Positions 10,906 to 21,231 of a DNA stretch of 64,000 bases are shown piece after piece (position 1 is the first letter of the stretch; each line of letters begins with the position of its first letter). The notes under the pieces were generated by a model. That model was not told the origin of the DNA and ran no database searches. It was given only the letters and a program-made list of their open reading frames with translations. Made by a program: the position numbers and the translations under genes. The DNA comes from Candidatus Heimdallarchaeota archaeon. Its GTDB lineage: Archaea > Asgardarchaeota > Heimdallarchaeia > Heimdallarchaeales > Heimdallarchaeaceae. The stretch covers positions 192,001 to 256,000 of the forward strand of contig JAUVXV010000003.1 of NCBI GenBank assembly GCA_030603365.1, given 5' to 3'.

Positions 10906-11168
10906 AATTATTCACCTATTTATAATAGGATACTAACAAGAAGTTTTATTTTCCTTTAATTAAAGCTTTATCTATGTCAATTTATAACAACATATATACT
11001 CTTTACTACAATAACCATCTGCTTAGTGTTATTGTGAATATAAGAAAATAAGAGAAGAGAGTTTCTCTTCTTAAGGATTAAATTTGACTCTTCTTAGTTT
11101 TAAACGAACTATAACACTAGCTAATGTTTAGAGCTAGAATTGTTTTTGCTAATATATAGATTAAATCC

Positions 11169-13238
11169 TTGTTTGACCAACATCTCCCGGTGGATCTATA
11201 TGAAATTCTATCATTCTTAAGCAAAAGTTTTAATCTAGTTGTGTTTAGGATATTCTTGGTGCACAGTATACCTCCAACAATCCAAGAAGAGCTAGAAAGA
11301 CTACAATTAGTTGCTATTACTGGTAATTTTTTTGATTCATCAGAAGAGTTAAACACACTATTGGAGAGAAAAGAAATATCTTTTGAAGAAAAACTAAAAG
11401 TGAAATTATTTCAAAGTGAATTAATTGGAGGTTTAACCTCAATAGAACTAGACGAATATACTTACGAGGATGGATTGAAATTAGCAGAGGAAGTTGTGGA
11501 AAATATTGGAGAAATTGAAGATAAGTATCTGAAAGTTGATTCTCTCTTGATGCTAGGATATAGTCACTTTTATTTGAATAATTGGCAAAAAACAATGGAA
11601 ATGTTTGAACGATATAGTCCATTATTCAATGAACTTGAACCAACCAACAACATATTTTATATTAGACTAAAAGCAAAAAATTACATCTATGAAAGTATGA
11701 TACCTTTTCTACAGACCTATGTTGGGAAGATTGCTACAGAAGAAGAAAAAATAAAGGGTTTTCAGCTAATACAAGAGGGGGAAAAATTCTGTGAGAAAAA
11801 CAATCTGAAAGTCTATCAGATATCTTGTCTAAATAATATTTCAACTATCCAATACTGGTTAGGAGATTTAGAAGGTTCTTTGAAAACAAAACTAAAACTT
11901 GTTGAGACTGCAAAAAGTGTTGGAAATAAACTATACTATGCTTTTACTTTGAATATTCTAGCTGAAGCTTATTCTTCCATGAATGATTACAAGAAATCCT
12001 ATGACTTGCATAAAGAGAGATTGGTAATTGTTGAAGAATTAGGAATCAAATCAATGATAGCTAAATCTTACAGGAATATTGGATCATACAGCTTGACAAT
12101 TGGTGATTTTGATGAGGCTTTAGATTATTATTATCGTAGTCTAAAAATCTATCAAGATTTAGAAAACATTATTGGTGTTGCTTTTACTCAACAATATTGT
12201 GGATATGCTTTTTTTCTAAAAGGAAACTTTGAGAAAGCTCTAGAATACTATGACCAAGCTTTTCCTGTTTTGGAAGAAAAAAAACCTCAAAGTTGGCGGA
12301 TTATACTTTCAGATATAGCTTCTATTCTCATGCAAATAGGAGAATTAGACAAAGCTCTTGAATATCTTGAAAAATTAATGACGATTAATAAAGGTCTGCA
12401 GGATCAACATGGAATCTCTTTAGTACTCTCAGAGCAAGGAAAGATTTATTGGCAGAAAGGAATGAAAGAACAAGGATTAGATCTTATAGAAAGAAGTTTA
12501 GAAATTAGAAGAAAAATTGGTGATAAGGCTCGGGAAGCTGCAAGTTTATCATATTTGATTCAATTCAATATTGAGCTGAATAACGTTGAGGTGGCAAAGA
12601 AATACTTCAAAGATTTAGATTTGATAAACAAAGAAATAAGCAACATACATGTTAATCAATATCATAAATTTTCTGAAGCTCTTATCCTTAAGACAAGTGC
12701 TAATAATCGTGATAGGATTAAAGCTGAACTATTATTTGAGCAACTAATTGAAGAAGAAGCCAGTTATCCAGTTTTAGTTCAAGTGTTGCTTCATTTATGT
12801 GAATTACTTCTGGTTGATATGCGAAAAACTAGCAATACTGATTTACTCGAGAAAATTAACAAATATGTTGATATGCTTCAAGATTTATCAGATAAGAATA
12901 ATTCCCATATCCTTCTTGTTGAAACTCTGGGATTAAGAGCTCAGTTATCACTGCTGGAATTTGATGTAGAAACTGCAAGGTCTATTTTGCTCAAAGCACA
13001 GACAATAGCTCAAGAAAATGGTTTAGATGGATTTGTTCTAGACTTATTAAAGCAACAAGAAGACTTAACCAAACAGTCTATAAAACTTAGGGAACTAGAA
13101 CAAACCCAATCACCCATTTCCTCTAGAATGTCAGTGGTTAAGCTGGAAGATACTGTAGTTAATATACAAAAAGCTAGTTTAGCTAAAACAGTCTCAAGAG
13201 AAGAAGTTTCTAAGAAACTACTTTCTATACAAATATAG
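11169..13238 (+). CDS. TPR-repeat protein (true start probably TTG/GTG near 11256-11259)
   Basis: Multiple ~40-aa TPR units (e.g. IG..GDFDEALDYYYRSL); C-terminal helical domain resembles that of the 33372 TPR protein. Confidence 0.85.
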   Translation: MFDQHLPVDLYEILSFLSKSFNLVVFRIFLVHSIPPTIQEELERLQLVAITGNFFDSSEELNTLLERKEISFEEKLKVKLFQSELIGGLTSIELDEYTYEDGLKLAEEVVENIGEIEDKYLKVDSLLMLGYSHFYLNNWQKTMEMFERYSPLFNELEPTNNIFYIRLKAKNYIYESMIPFLQTYVGKIATEEEKIKGFQLIQEGEKFCEKNNLKVYQISCLNNISTIQYWLGDLEGSLKTKLKLVETAKSVGNKLYYAFTLNILAEAYSSMNDYKKSYDLHKERLVIVEELGIKSMIAKSYRNIGSYSLTIGDFDEALDYYYRSLKIYQDLENIIGVAFTQQYCGYAFFLKGNFEKALEYYDQAFPVLEEKKPQSWRIILSDIASILMQIGELDKALEYLEKLMTINKGLQDQHGISLVLSEQGKIYWQKGMKEQGLDLIERSLEIRRKIGDKAREAASLSYLIQFNIELNNVEVAKKYFKDLDLINKEISNIHVNQYHKFSEALILKTSANNRDRIKAELLFEQLIEEEASYPVLVQVLLHLCELLLVDMRKTSNTDLLEKINKYVDMLQDLSDKNNSHILLVETLGLRAQLSLLEFDVETARSILLKAQTIAQENGLDGFVLDLLKQQEDLTKQSIKLRELEQTQSPISSRMSVVKLEDTVVNIQKASLAKTVSREEVSKKLLSIQI

Positions 13239-13342
13239 TAAATGATTATCTGTAGATATTCACGCATTCATTTTTTCTGGAATACTGGAATGCTCCTGTT
13301 CATCGACTAATGCATATATTAAGCAAAAAGTCCGTATAGCTC

Positions 13343-13615
13343 ATGACAGCAATAATGAAGAAAGAAAATCTGAAAAATAGATTACTAAAGGAATATCATT
13401 CTCTGAAAAACTTCATGAACTTTAGCTCTACTGATGAAGAATCCATTATCTCTCTATTGGAACATTTAGCTGAAAATCTGTTTTACACTGAAAACTCATC
13501 ATGTTATCGAAAGAATCTGAAAAACTACAATAACTATCAAATTAAGAATGATCTAAAACAGGAAAGGAATAGTGCTCTCTATACTCTTGTATTACACAAA
13601 GGTTTGTTTTTCTAA
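13343..13615 (+). CDS. Hypothetical protein (90 aa)
   Basis: ATG-started ORF filling an intergenic gap; TATA-like catatattaag upstream; T-run downstream. Confidence 0.55.
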   Translation: MTAIMKKENLKNRLLKEYHSLKNFMNFSSTDEESIISLLEHLAENLFYTENSSCYRKNLKNYNNYQIKNDLKQERNSALYTLVLHKGLFF

Positions 13616-13705
13616 TTTTTTCTTTTTTTTCTCAAAAAAGCACTTACAATCTTTATACTCTAACCATTATAGAGGAAAGAAAACTGGAAGTCTGGAGATT
13701 CCAGA

Positions 13706-14905
13706 TCAATTCTTTGCTTTCTTGTTCCTAAGACGTTTATGAAGAACAACTAGAAGGATAATTGAAGGTATAAACATTACGAATTCATATTTTATTCTTT
13801 CCAGTATTTCATTCAATGGATACGGATCAGTAGCTTGAGCATCGCCATCTATTGGATAAGGTTTTTTACTATTCCATTCAGACCAGTAGTTCCCTTCCTC
13901 TGTTTCTTCTTCATACCAGGTATTGTTTATTTCATCATCTTTCGCTTGCGATGTACCATCAAGATTATTGTCAATGAAAGAGTTATGATGAATGATGTTG
14001 TTATCAGCCCAAGCATTTAAAGAAATGCCATATTCTCCGTTTTCTTGCAAAAAGTTATAGGTAAGAAGACAATAATCAGAAGACCATAAACTAATCCCCA
14101 GGTCATTGTTTTTGCAGGTATTTTCAGTCAAAGTAGTAGTAAAGGAATCACTCTGATAGATACCGTACCTTTCGTTATTATTACAAATATTATTCATTAT
14201 TGTTGCACTGGAGGATTGCCACAACCAGATGCCATCACTGTTGTTACTACATGTATTATTTGTTACTGTCACCCCAGAGGAAGTATACAGATTGATACCA
14301 TATAATCCGTTATCATTACAAATGTTCTTGGTTACTGTTGCACTAGAAGAGGAACCACTTAGTATGATACCATCAAAGCTGTTATCATTGCAAATGTTCT
14401 TGGTTACTGTTGCACTAGAAGAATGGCGTAACCAGATGCCATTACTGTTGTTACTACAAGTATTATTTGCTATCGTCGCTCCAGAGGAATAGTATAGATC
14501 GATACCAGACCTGTTGTTGTTATTACAAGTGTTTTCTATTATGGCAGTCGTTCCTTCAGCAGTATTGTTAATGACAATACCGCTATAATCTGAATCTACA
14601 TAGCAGTTACGAATAACGAAAAATTTAGTTGTATCATTAATAGTGATACCTTTGTCATTAGAGGTAGTTATATTAAAATTTTCAATAATGTATGGTTCTT
14701 CAATTGTTCCTGAACCAGAGAAACCATAATCGCTAAAATTCCCATCATGAGTAATTACTATCGGTTCATGTGGTACTAGAGCTAGAATTGTAGGTTCTTT
14801 GATATGTTCCTGCTTAATTCTAGTGTTTCTTCCTTCTATTTGCACAGTAAATGATGAAAGAAGTATTCCGATAGCAATTATTCCTATGATCATGCTTTTT
14901 TTCAT
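13706..14905 (-). CDS. Surface right-handed beta-helix (NosD/CASH-like) protein
   Basis: Signal peptide; repeated 22-24 aa units GI.L..SS.AT...N.C..N; C-terminal TM plus basic tail. Confidence 0.85.
   Translation of the reverse strand: MKKSMIIGIIAIGILLSSFTVQIEGRNTRIKQEHIKEPTILALVPHEPIVITHDGNFSDYGFSGSGTIEEPYIIENFNITTSNDKGITINDTTKFFVIRNCYVDSDYSGIVINNTAEGTTAIIENTCNNNNRSGIDLYYSSGATIANNTCSNNSNGIWLRHSSSATVTKNICNDNSFDGIILSGSSSSATVTKNICNDNGLYGINLYTSSGVTVTNNTCSNNSDGIWLWQSSSATIMNNICNNNERYGIYQSDSFTTTLTENTCKNNDLGISLWSSDYCLLTYNFLQENGEYGISLNAWADNNIIHHNSFIDNNLDGTSQAKDDEINNTWYEEETEEGNYWSEWNSKKPYPIDGDAQATDPYPLNEILERIKYEFVMFIPSIILLVVLHKRLRNKKAKN
14309..14422. repeat. 42-bp near-identical direct repeat (14309-14350 and 14381-14422)
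   Basis: gttatcatt(a/g)caaatgttcttggttactgttgcactagaaga, one mismatch. Confidence 0.85.
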
Positions 14906-15045
14906 TTCTTTTCCCTAAAGATGTACAAATCAATCTATACTAATAAGTATACCGGGAATGAGATTTGAATTTTAAGCTATCTTTCTTCTTTGTTGTTTTT
15001 TACACATTTATCCCTTACTAATAACCTCTTTTACATAAAAAAAAG

Positions 15046-16383
15046 CTAGAACATTTTGTATGACTCTAAAGTGACCTTAATTGAATGATTATATAGTTTT
15101 TTGCAGAAAGCTTCAGCTAATATCGGTTTATCTATAATCCTTCCGAAGGTTATGCTCATCTTATCCTTGAAGCTTACAACACCAATTCTTACCTTGTTTA
15201 CTGGACTAGGACCAACTATTATATCAAAGTGTTCTATATGCTTTTCAAAATCTCTTGGAAGTTTTTGTAATCCTAAATTAGATAGTATTCCTCCATATTT
15301 CGGCGTTCGAACAAAATAATATCCATGTCTTGCAAAGAAACGTTTTACCTGAAAAGGAGTAATTTTCATAATTGGCGAACTGAGATTACGAATGTTTTGT
15401 GCAATTTTTTGTTGAAATCTTTCCGGTTTTACATCCTCTCGCAATTGGTCTTCAACAATACCAATTATTTTCTTAAAATCAAGTTGCTCTTTCCTAGGAT
15501 CTATATTTAGAGTTGTAAGTAGTGAGAATATTCTCATGGTTTTTGAGGGGAAGATTCTTCTCAGATCTACTGAGATATTGATACGAATAGGTTTAATTTT
15601 CTTTTTAATATTGTATAAATTCTGCTGAATCTCTCTTAATGAATCTAAGTAAACAGCTGTCAGAAAAACGGATATTGAGATATTGTATTCTTTTGCCTTC
15701 TTTCTGATTTCTTCAACAGAAATAATAGCTCTGGTTATGTGAAAAACACCAGTTTTCACTGTTTTAAGAGGAATATTGAAGCTTTTTCCTTTATGTTTCA
15801 AGGGTTTTTCCTTCATTTTTTTGATATAGTTCAAATCAAAAGCATTTTCAAATTCCTCATTTATTATTTCATCATCTGGACAAAAGAGTTTTCCCCAGTC
15901 ACAGTTATTGTTGAGTTTTAATTTTAGGTATGAAGAGATTATTGATTTGAAAAAGGTCATAGAACCTGTACCATCTGTTAAAGCATGATGAAATTCAATT
16001 GCAAGACGTTTTTGATTTACAAAGATTCTGTAAAGAAGTCTGTTCTTGCCCAAAGGAATGTATTGGTTAGTATATTGCACTTCTGGTAATATTTCAGGTG
16101 TAGAAAGATTAGTTACCCATTTTCCCCAAAAGAATCCTTTGTTGATACTAGCTCTAAAGAAAGGAAAACGAGGAAGAATCTCGATAATTGCTTGTTTGAG
16201 AATTTGTTTATCAATTTCTTCTTTGAAATCCACTGATAATCTATAAACAACAGGTACTCTCTTATTGGCAAGCAAACTGAAACCTGTTGCAGCATTGTCT
16301 AGTTTGAACTTACTTTTTGCAGTGGATTCAACACCCAATGTGATATTCACAGGTTCCTGACCTTTGACAACTAGTTCACTCAT
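15046..16383 (-). CDS. CoA-dependent acyltransferase (alcohol acetyltransferase/condensation-like fold)
   Basis: HHALTDG (HHxxxDG) catalytic motif; KLDNAA, VDLRRIFPS and LSNLG motifs. Confidence 0.8.
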   Translation of the reverse strand: MSELVVKGQEPVNITLGVESTAKSKFKLDNAATGFSLLANKRVPVVYRLSVDFKEEIDKQILKQAIIEILPRFPFFRASINKGFFWGKWVTNLSTPEILPEVQYTNQYIPLGKNRLLYRIFVNQKRLAIEFHHALTDGTGSMTFFKSIISSYLKLKLNNNCDWGKLFCPDDEIINEEFENAFDLNYIKKMKEKPLKHKGKSFNIPLKTVKTGVFHITRAIISVEEIRKKAKEYNISISVFLTAVYLDSLREIQQNLYNIKKKIKPIRINISVDLRRIFPSKTMRIFSLLTTLNIDPRKEQLDFKKIIGIVEDQLREDVKPERFQQKIAQNIRNLSSPIMKITPFQVKRFFARHGYYFVRTPKYGGILSNLGLQKLPRDFEKHIEHFDIIVGPSPVNKVRIGVVSFKDKMSITFGRIIDKPILAEAFCKKLYNHSIKVTLESYKMF

Positions 16384-16472
16384 TTAACCTCTTGATTCCA
16401 ATTAAACTATGCTACATTGATTTTTATTATATTGCTAGAAACGATTATAAGTGTCAAAGGTTCTCAACTCGC

Positions 16473-17366
16473 ATGTCAGAATATGAAATCAAACCATATG
16501 ATGAATCGTATATTGAAAAACAAGTTGAAATTGGAAACTATTTTGCTGAGAAATGGATAGCTTATGGTCAATCCTCTGTAGAACAAGTTAAAGCGAACTA
16601 TGCAAGAGACACCTTCGATTCTGAAACAAGACTTTATTGTTTCAAAGGAGAGGAGATGGTTGGATTTATTGGTGCAAATATTGTTGATGTTGAGGAGGAA
16701 AAAATCAAGAGAGCTCAAACACGTTTAGCTTTTGTCCTTCCAGGAAATGAGGGGGCATTTAGTTTATTGTATGATCAGTTACTAGAAGTTCTTAAAAAGA
16801 AAGGGGTAAATGAAATCGAGACTCCACAAACTGTTCTGAATGACAATTATTACGAATTAGCAGAAAAACTAGGTTTTTCCAAAACACGTACAATTACAGA
16901 AATTTTCTTGGGTGATCCTGCAAAAGCTATACCATTTGAGACAGAATATCCTTTACTAGATTATAATCATGAAACTGATGAAGAACAAATAAAGAAACAA
17001 CTTGGTGAAACATATCCAAATCTAGAGGGAGAAGTGTTAGATAATTATGTCAACAGAATGGCTGAAAACGAGAATCTTCTCAGCTATCGAGTTATCAAGA
17101 AGGATGAGGAAATTATCGCTTATTGTGCATCTACATCAACACAAACAGCAAAAATGGCTCAAGTCTCTCTATTAATCGGTAAAAGTTCTGATTTGAAGAA
17201 ACATCTAGTTTCCGATGCCCTATCAGTAATGAAAGAAAAGGGATTCAATCAAGTAGTTGTTTATCTTAATCCAGAAACACCTGTTGAGAAAGAGGAATCC
17301 GAAGATTTCATTGCTATTGGTTTTGAAAGCGTTGCTAAATACGATATTCTAACCAAAAAGTTGTAA
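16473..17366 (+). CDS. Tandem GNAT-fold protein (start reassigned to ATG 16473)
   Basis: Two GNAT-like halves (MVGFIG...KLGF and IIAYC...AIGFE). Confidence 0.65.
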   Translation: MSEYEIKPYDESYIEKQVEIGNYFAEKWIAYGQSSVEQVKANYARDTFDSETRLYCFKGEEMVGFIGANIVDVEEEKIKRAQTRLAFVLPGNEGAFSLLYDQLLEVLKKKGVNEIETPQTVLNDNYYELAEKLGFSKTRTITEIFLGDPAKAIPFETEYPLLDYNHETDEEQIKKQLGETYPNLEGEVLDNYVNRMAENENLLSYRVIKKDEEIIAYCASTSTQTAKMAQVSLLIGKSSDLKKHLVSDALSVMKEKGFNQVVVYLNPETPVEKEESEDFIAIGFESVAKYDILTKKL

Positions 17367-17380
17367 AAATATTAATGGAG

Positions 17381-18325
17381 TTAAAGGTTATACTTAACTC
17401 CAGTTAATTCCTCGGAAACTTCCCAAAATTGTTTTCCTATTTTTTCATTTCTTGATCTTTTATTAGAGGGTTTTACAATTGGATACCCTTTTAAGTGCAA
17501 GAATTTTTCTGGACTGTAATATTCTCCTCCCTTTGCATCTGGATCAAAAGCGGCTCTTAATTGAGGTAAAACCCCCATATCAACAGTTTGTGAGAAGAAG
17601 ATGTTCATAAAATTCCAGAACCTTATCTGACCCTTGGATTCATCTATCGCTCCACCGGCTGTTTGTAAGTTGGTTCTAGTCCAACCAGGATGGGCAACAA
17701 TACTCAAGACCTGACTACCTTTTTCTTCTAATCTTCTATTTAATTCATAACCAAAATATAGGCTAGCTATCTTACTATTACTATAAGCGCTAAGTTTGTT
17801 GTATCGTCCTTTCTCACTGTTCAGATTCTTGAAATTGATTTTACCAAATCTGTGTCCCATACTCGCTATAGATACAACTCTAGAATTCTCTGTTTTTTCT
17901 AGAAAATTCATCAGTAATCCAGTTAGCGCAAAATGACCAAAGTGGTTAGCTGCCATGTGCAGTTCAAAACCATCTTCAGTTGTAACTTTAGGAGCAAACA
18001 TTACTCCTGCATTATTAAAGAGAATATCCAGCTTGTCATGTTTTCTTATAAATTCCTTGACAAATTCTTTTACAGATGATTGTTTGGACAAATCAATTTG
18101 CATGATTTCAAGTGATGCTTTGGGATTTTCCTTTAATATCTCTGATTTTGCTTTATCTGCTTTTTCGAGGTTTCTGCATGCCATAACAATGTGAGGTTTT
18201 TTACTAGCTAATACTCGAGTGATTTCATATCCCAAACCACTATTAGCTCCTGTAATTATTATTATTTTTCCAGATAAATCAGGAATATTCTCTGCTGTCC
18301 ATCTCTCTTTGTTCTTTCTAATCAT
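17381..18325 (-). CDS. SDR oxidoreductase (retinol dehydrogenase/WWOX-like)
   Basis: TGANSGLG, NNAG, NHFGHF, YSNSK, HPG. Confidence 0.93.
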   Translation of the reverse strand: MIRKNKERWTAENIPDLSGKIIIITGANSGLGYEITRVLASKKPHIVMACRNLEKADKAKSEILKENPKASLEIMQIDLSKQSSVKEFVKEFIRKHDKLDILFNNAGVMFAPKVTTEDGFELHMAANHFGHFALTGLLMNFLEKTENSRVVSIASMGHRFGKINFKNLNSEKGRYNKLSAYSNSKIASLYFGYELNRRLEEKGSQVLSIVAHPGWTRTNLQTAGGAIDESKGQIRFWNFMNIFFSQTVDMGVLPQLRAAFDPDAKGGEYYSPEKFLHLKGYPIVKPSNKRSRNEKIGKQFWEVSEELTGVKYNL

Positions 18326-18442
18326 TCTTCATTCCCCATTGTACTATAGAACTACTTCAATGGAATGATTTGTAATTTGTTTGATATAAAAATGTCTCCA
18401 AACATAGCAAGATTTATTTCTAAATATGTTAACTTGATAATA

Positions 18443-19750
18443 ATGTATTCGAAATCTCAACGCATTACAGTATTTATATTGGTATTATTAGTCTCAAATT
18501 CTTTCGCAATTCTCGATATGAGTTCCTCTAAAATTGCTCCTTCAGATCAGATTGAGGAGATACCAGTTCTAGATGTAATTAATGCGACTTCATCAACAGA
18601 GTATTTTAACGAGACAAGTCAATACAGATATGATTTAGTTACAAGACCTATTGATTTAATCTTATATCCTAACAAGGGTAATCCAAAGATCGTAAGTTTT
18701 GAAGAGAGTTTTGAGATAGTGGTAGATGCAGCATCTGACACAACCAGCTGGTTATTTCATTTGAAAGAAGAAGGAACAACAGTTGCAATTAACATTCTAA
18801 ACTCTAGTTTTGTGATTGATAAGTGGTACTTTGATGTTGAACCTAATATTGATGTTACTGGACTATTTGATCTTCAACTTAACTGTAGTGCAGGTAACGA
18901 TTATCAAACTCATGCTGTGAAAATTGTGGAACAGAAGACATATCCTTTCAATTTTGTACATATTTCTGACAGTCATTTTCCATCTTATGATATCTACAAT
19001 ACAACAGATATCAATCTGAAATTGATTCAAGAAATCAAACAACAAGATGTTGATTTTGCTATATTTACTGGGGATCTAATTGAAGGAGCAAGTGCTCGAA
19101 TGTTTGTTGATCCAGTGACAGGTTTGTCACTTGCAGCAAGTGTGCAAATTAGACTAGGCCTTTGGGCTTTTGATTTGTTGGATTTACCAGTTTTTATTAT
19201 TGGTGGAAATCATGATCTTGATTCATCTAAACCTCTCCCTGATGATCCACCAGTTGAGTGGAAGAAGTATCTAGGTACCTATCCTATTCTAGCTTTCAAT
19301 TACATAGACTGGTCTTTTCTTGGATATAGTGTAACAAGAACTGGATTAAGTGAGAGTCATCTTAATGATGTAAAAGATATTCTAAATAACATAAGTAGAA
19401 GTCCAAATGTGATGTTCTATCATTCAGATTACCTTAGTCAAGCTACTAATCTTAGGAAATCATACAACATAGAAATTATGCTTTATGGACATGAACATAA
19501 TTATGAACAGTACGTAAGTAAGAACACTCTTTACTACTGCCAATCAGCTATGTTTTATAATGAATCAACTATTTTCACAGTGTTAAACTCAACTGCAATC
19601 TCCTTGAATGGAACCCATTATGATTTTACACCGCTATTAGTCTATCCAGATCCTGAGACTCCAACTGAAACAGCGAATATAATGTTGATAGCTCTATTAC
19701 CCGTGCTTATCCTCTTATCAATCATCAGAAGAAAAAAAAATGATTTTTAG
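18443..19750 (+). CDS. Membrane-anchored secreted metallophosphoesterase (start reassigned to ATG 18443)
   Basis: DSH, GD, GNHD, H and GHEH motifs; signal peptide; C-terminal TM plus RRKK. Confidence 0.87.
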   Translation: MYSKSQRITVFILVLLVSNSFAILDMSSSKIAPSDQIEEIPVLDVINATSSTEYFNETSQYRYDLVTRPIDLILYPNKGNPKIVSFEESFEIVVDAASDTTSWLFHLKEEGTTVAINILNSSFVIDKWYFDVEPNIDVTGLFDLQLNCSAGNDYQTHAVKIVEQKTYPFNFVHISDSHFPSYDIYNTTDINLKLIQEIKQQDVDFAIFTGDLIEGASARMFVDPVTGLSLAASVQIRLGLWAFDLLDLPVFIIGGNHDLDSSKPLPDDPPVEWKKYLGTYPILAFNYIDWSFLGYSVTRTGLSESHLNDVKDILNNISRSPNVMFYHSDYLSQATNLRKSYNIEIMLYGHEHNYEQYVSKNTLYYCQSAMFYNESTIFTVLNSTAISLNGTHYDFTPLLVYPDPETPTETANIMLIALLPVLILLSIIRRKKNDF

Positions 19751-19868
19751 ATAGTTATTGTGCTCAATATAAATCTCATAGGAAATAACCACTAACCTTA
19801 GATAATTATGAAAGTATAATTAAGTCAAAGGAAAAACAAATATTAATGCTCAATCGGAATATATCATA

Positions 19869-20396
19869 ATGCCCTTTACTCCTATCCATCTCGGTTTTGC
19901 TATTTTTCTTTTTAGTGTTTTACCCTTTATGGATCCTATTGCCTTATTGATTGGAACTGTAATAATTGATCTCGAACCGATATTTTATTTGATAACTGGT
20001 ATAGGGCAGATGCATGGAATTATGCATAGTACCTTAGGAGTATTGGTTTTCTTCATTCCTACATCATTCATTAGCTGGTTATGTTACAAGTTTGTAAAAT
20101 TGGAAAAGTACTTTCCGAAATTCAATATTTATATTTCACTTCTCTCAGGAATTATTGGTTTATTTTCTCATGTAATTTTTGATGGAATTCTTTATTCCGA
20201 AATTATGTTCTTGTATCCTTTTTCAATGCAAGCAGGAATGCTTCATAATATAATTCCTTATTCAGCTGTTTATTGGATTTTAGGTATTATGTTTATAGTT
20301 GGGATGTTAATACTTGGGTTGCGTTATTATTTGAGATATTTACAAAAAAAGAAATCTGCAGAACAATCAGACCTTATTAGAAGGAAGGACGACTAA
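19869..20396 (+). CDS. Membrane metal-dependent hydrolase-like protein (DUF4184/YdjM-like)
   Basis: MPFTPIH, D, HS and SHVIFDG motifs with hydrophobic segments. Confidence 0.75.
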   Translation: MPFTPIHLGFAIFLFSVLPFMDPIALLIGTVIIDLEPIFYLITGIGQMHGIMHSTLGVLVFFIPTSFISWLCYKFVKLEKYFPKFNIYISLLSGIIGLFSHVIFDGILYSEIMFLYPFSMQAGMLHNIIPYSAVYWILGIMFIVGMLILGLRYYLRYLQKKKSAEQSDLIRRKDD

Positions 20397-20531
20397 TTAG
20401 CTCTATCCTACCTTATTAGATGATTCCTTTTCGGAATGAACCCCTTTTTGGAAGCTCCTACCTTTGTTTCGAGTGGAGCACTGTGTAGATGCTCACAAGA
20501 TTTTTAGAAGCTTTACTTTACTTTTAACCTA

Positions 20532-21200
20532 ATGGAAACATTTGTTATTTTCAATAAATACAAAAGAAGACCAATACCTGAAGAACTTCTGAAAGGCGAT
20601 AACAGATCAGATGAAGGAGTAATAGAGTTTTTTATCAAGAAATATACTAAAGAGGGAGATAACGTTATAGATATTTTTGCTGGACTAGGTACCACTCTCT
20701 TTATCGCTGAGGAAATGAATCGAATTCCATATGGAGTAGAACTCGAAGAAGAAAGGTTTACTTTTGTCAAGAAAAATTTGAAGCATAGTAACAATATCTT
20801 CCTGGGTGATTCCCGCAAGCTATCCGAGTATGACATTCCGCATTGTGATTTCAGTTTTTCTTCTCCTATATTCATGAATAAAACAGAAACTGTTAATCCT
20901 CTTAGTGGTTTTACAACTGATGGGGATTATGATCAATATCTGAGAGAAATTGGACTAGTATACAAGAATTTGAAAGAAGTGATGAAACCAAATTCTGTCA
21001 TTGTAATTGAAGCATCGAATCTAAAAAATAGTGGTGTTTTGACTACATTAGCTTGGGATATATGTAGTGAAGTTTCAAAAATCTTCCGCTTCGAAGGAGA
21101 AGTTATTGTAGTTTGGGATATCCCTGGAATGGAATTTCCCAATGGAGCATTTGGTTATGGATATGATCATCATTATTGTCTGATTTTTAGAAATATGTAA
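20532..21200 (+). CDS. SAM-dependent methyltransferase, N4/N6 DNA-MTase-like
   Basis: Motif I DIFAGLGTT; GVELE; GDSRKL; motif IV-like SSPIF. Confidence 0.75.
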   Translation: METFVIFNKYKRRPIPEELLKGDNRSDEGVIEFFIKKYTKEGDNVIDIFAGLGTTLFIAEEMNRIPYGVELEEERFTFVKKNLKHSNNIFLGDSRKLSEYDIPHCDFSFSSPIFMNKTETVNPLSGFTTDGDYDQYLREIGLVYKNLKEVMKPNSVIVIEASNLKNSGVLTTLAWDICSEVSKIFRFEGEVIVVWDIPGMEFPNGAFGYGYDHHYCLIFRNM

Positions 21201-21231
21201 AAAAATATTCTAGTGACACATTTGATTATAT

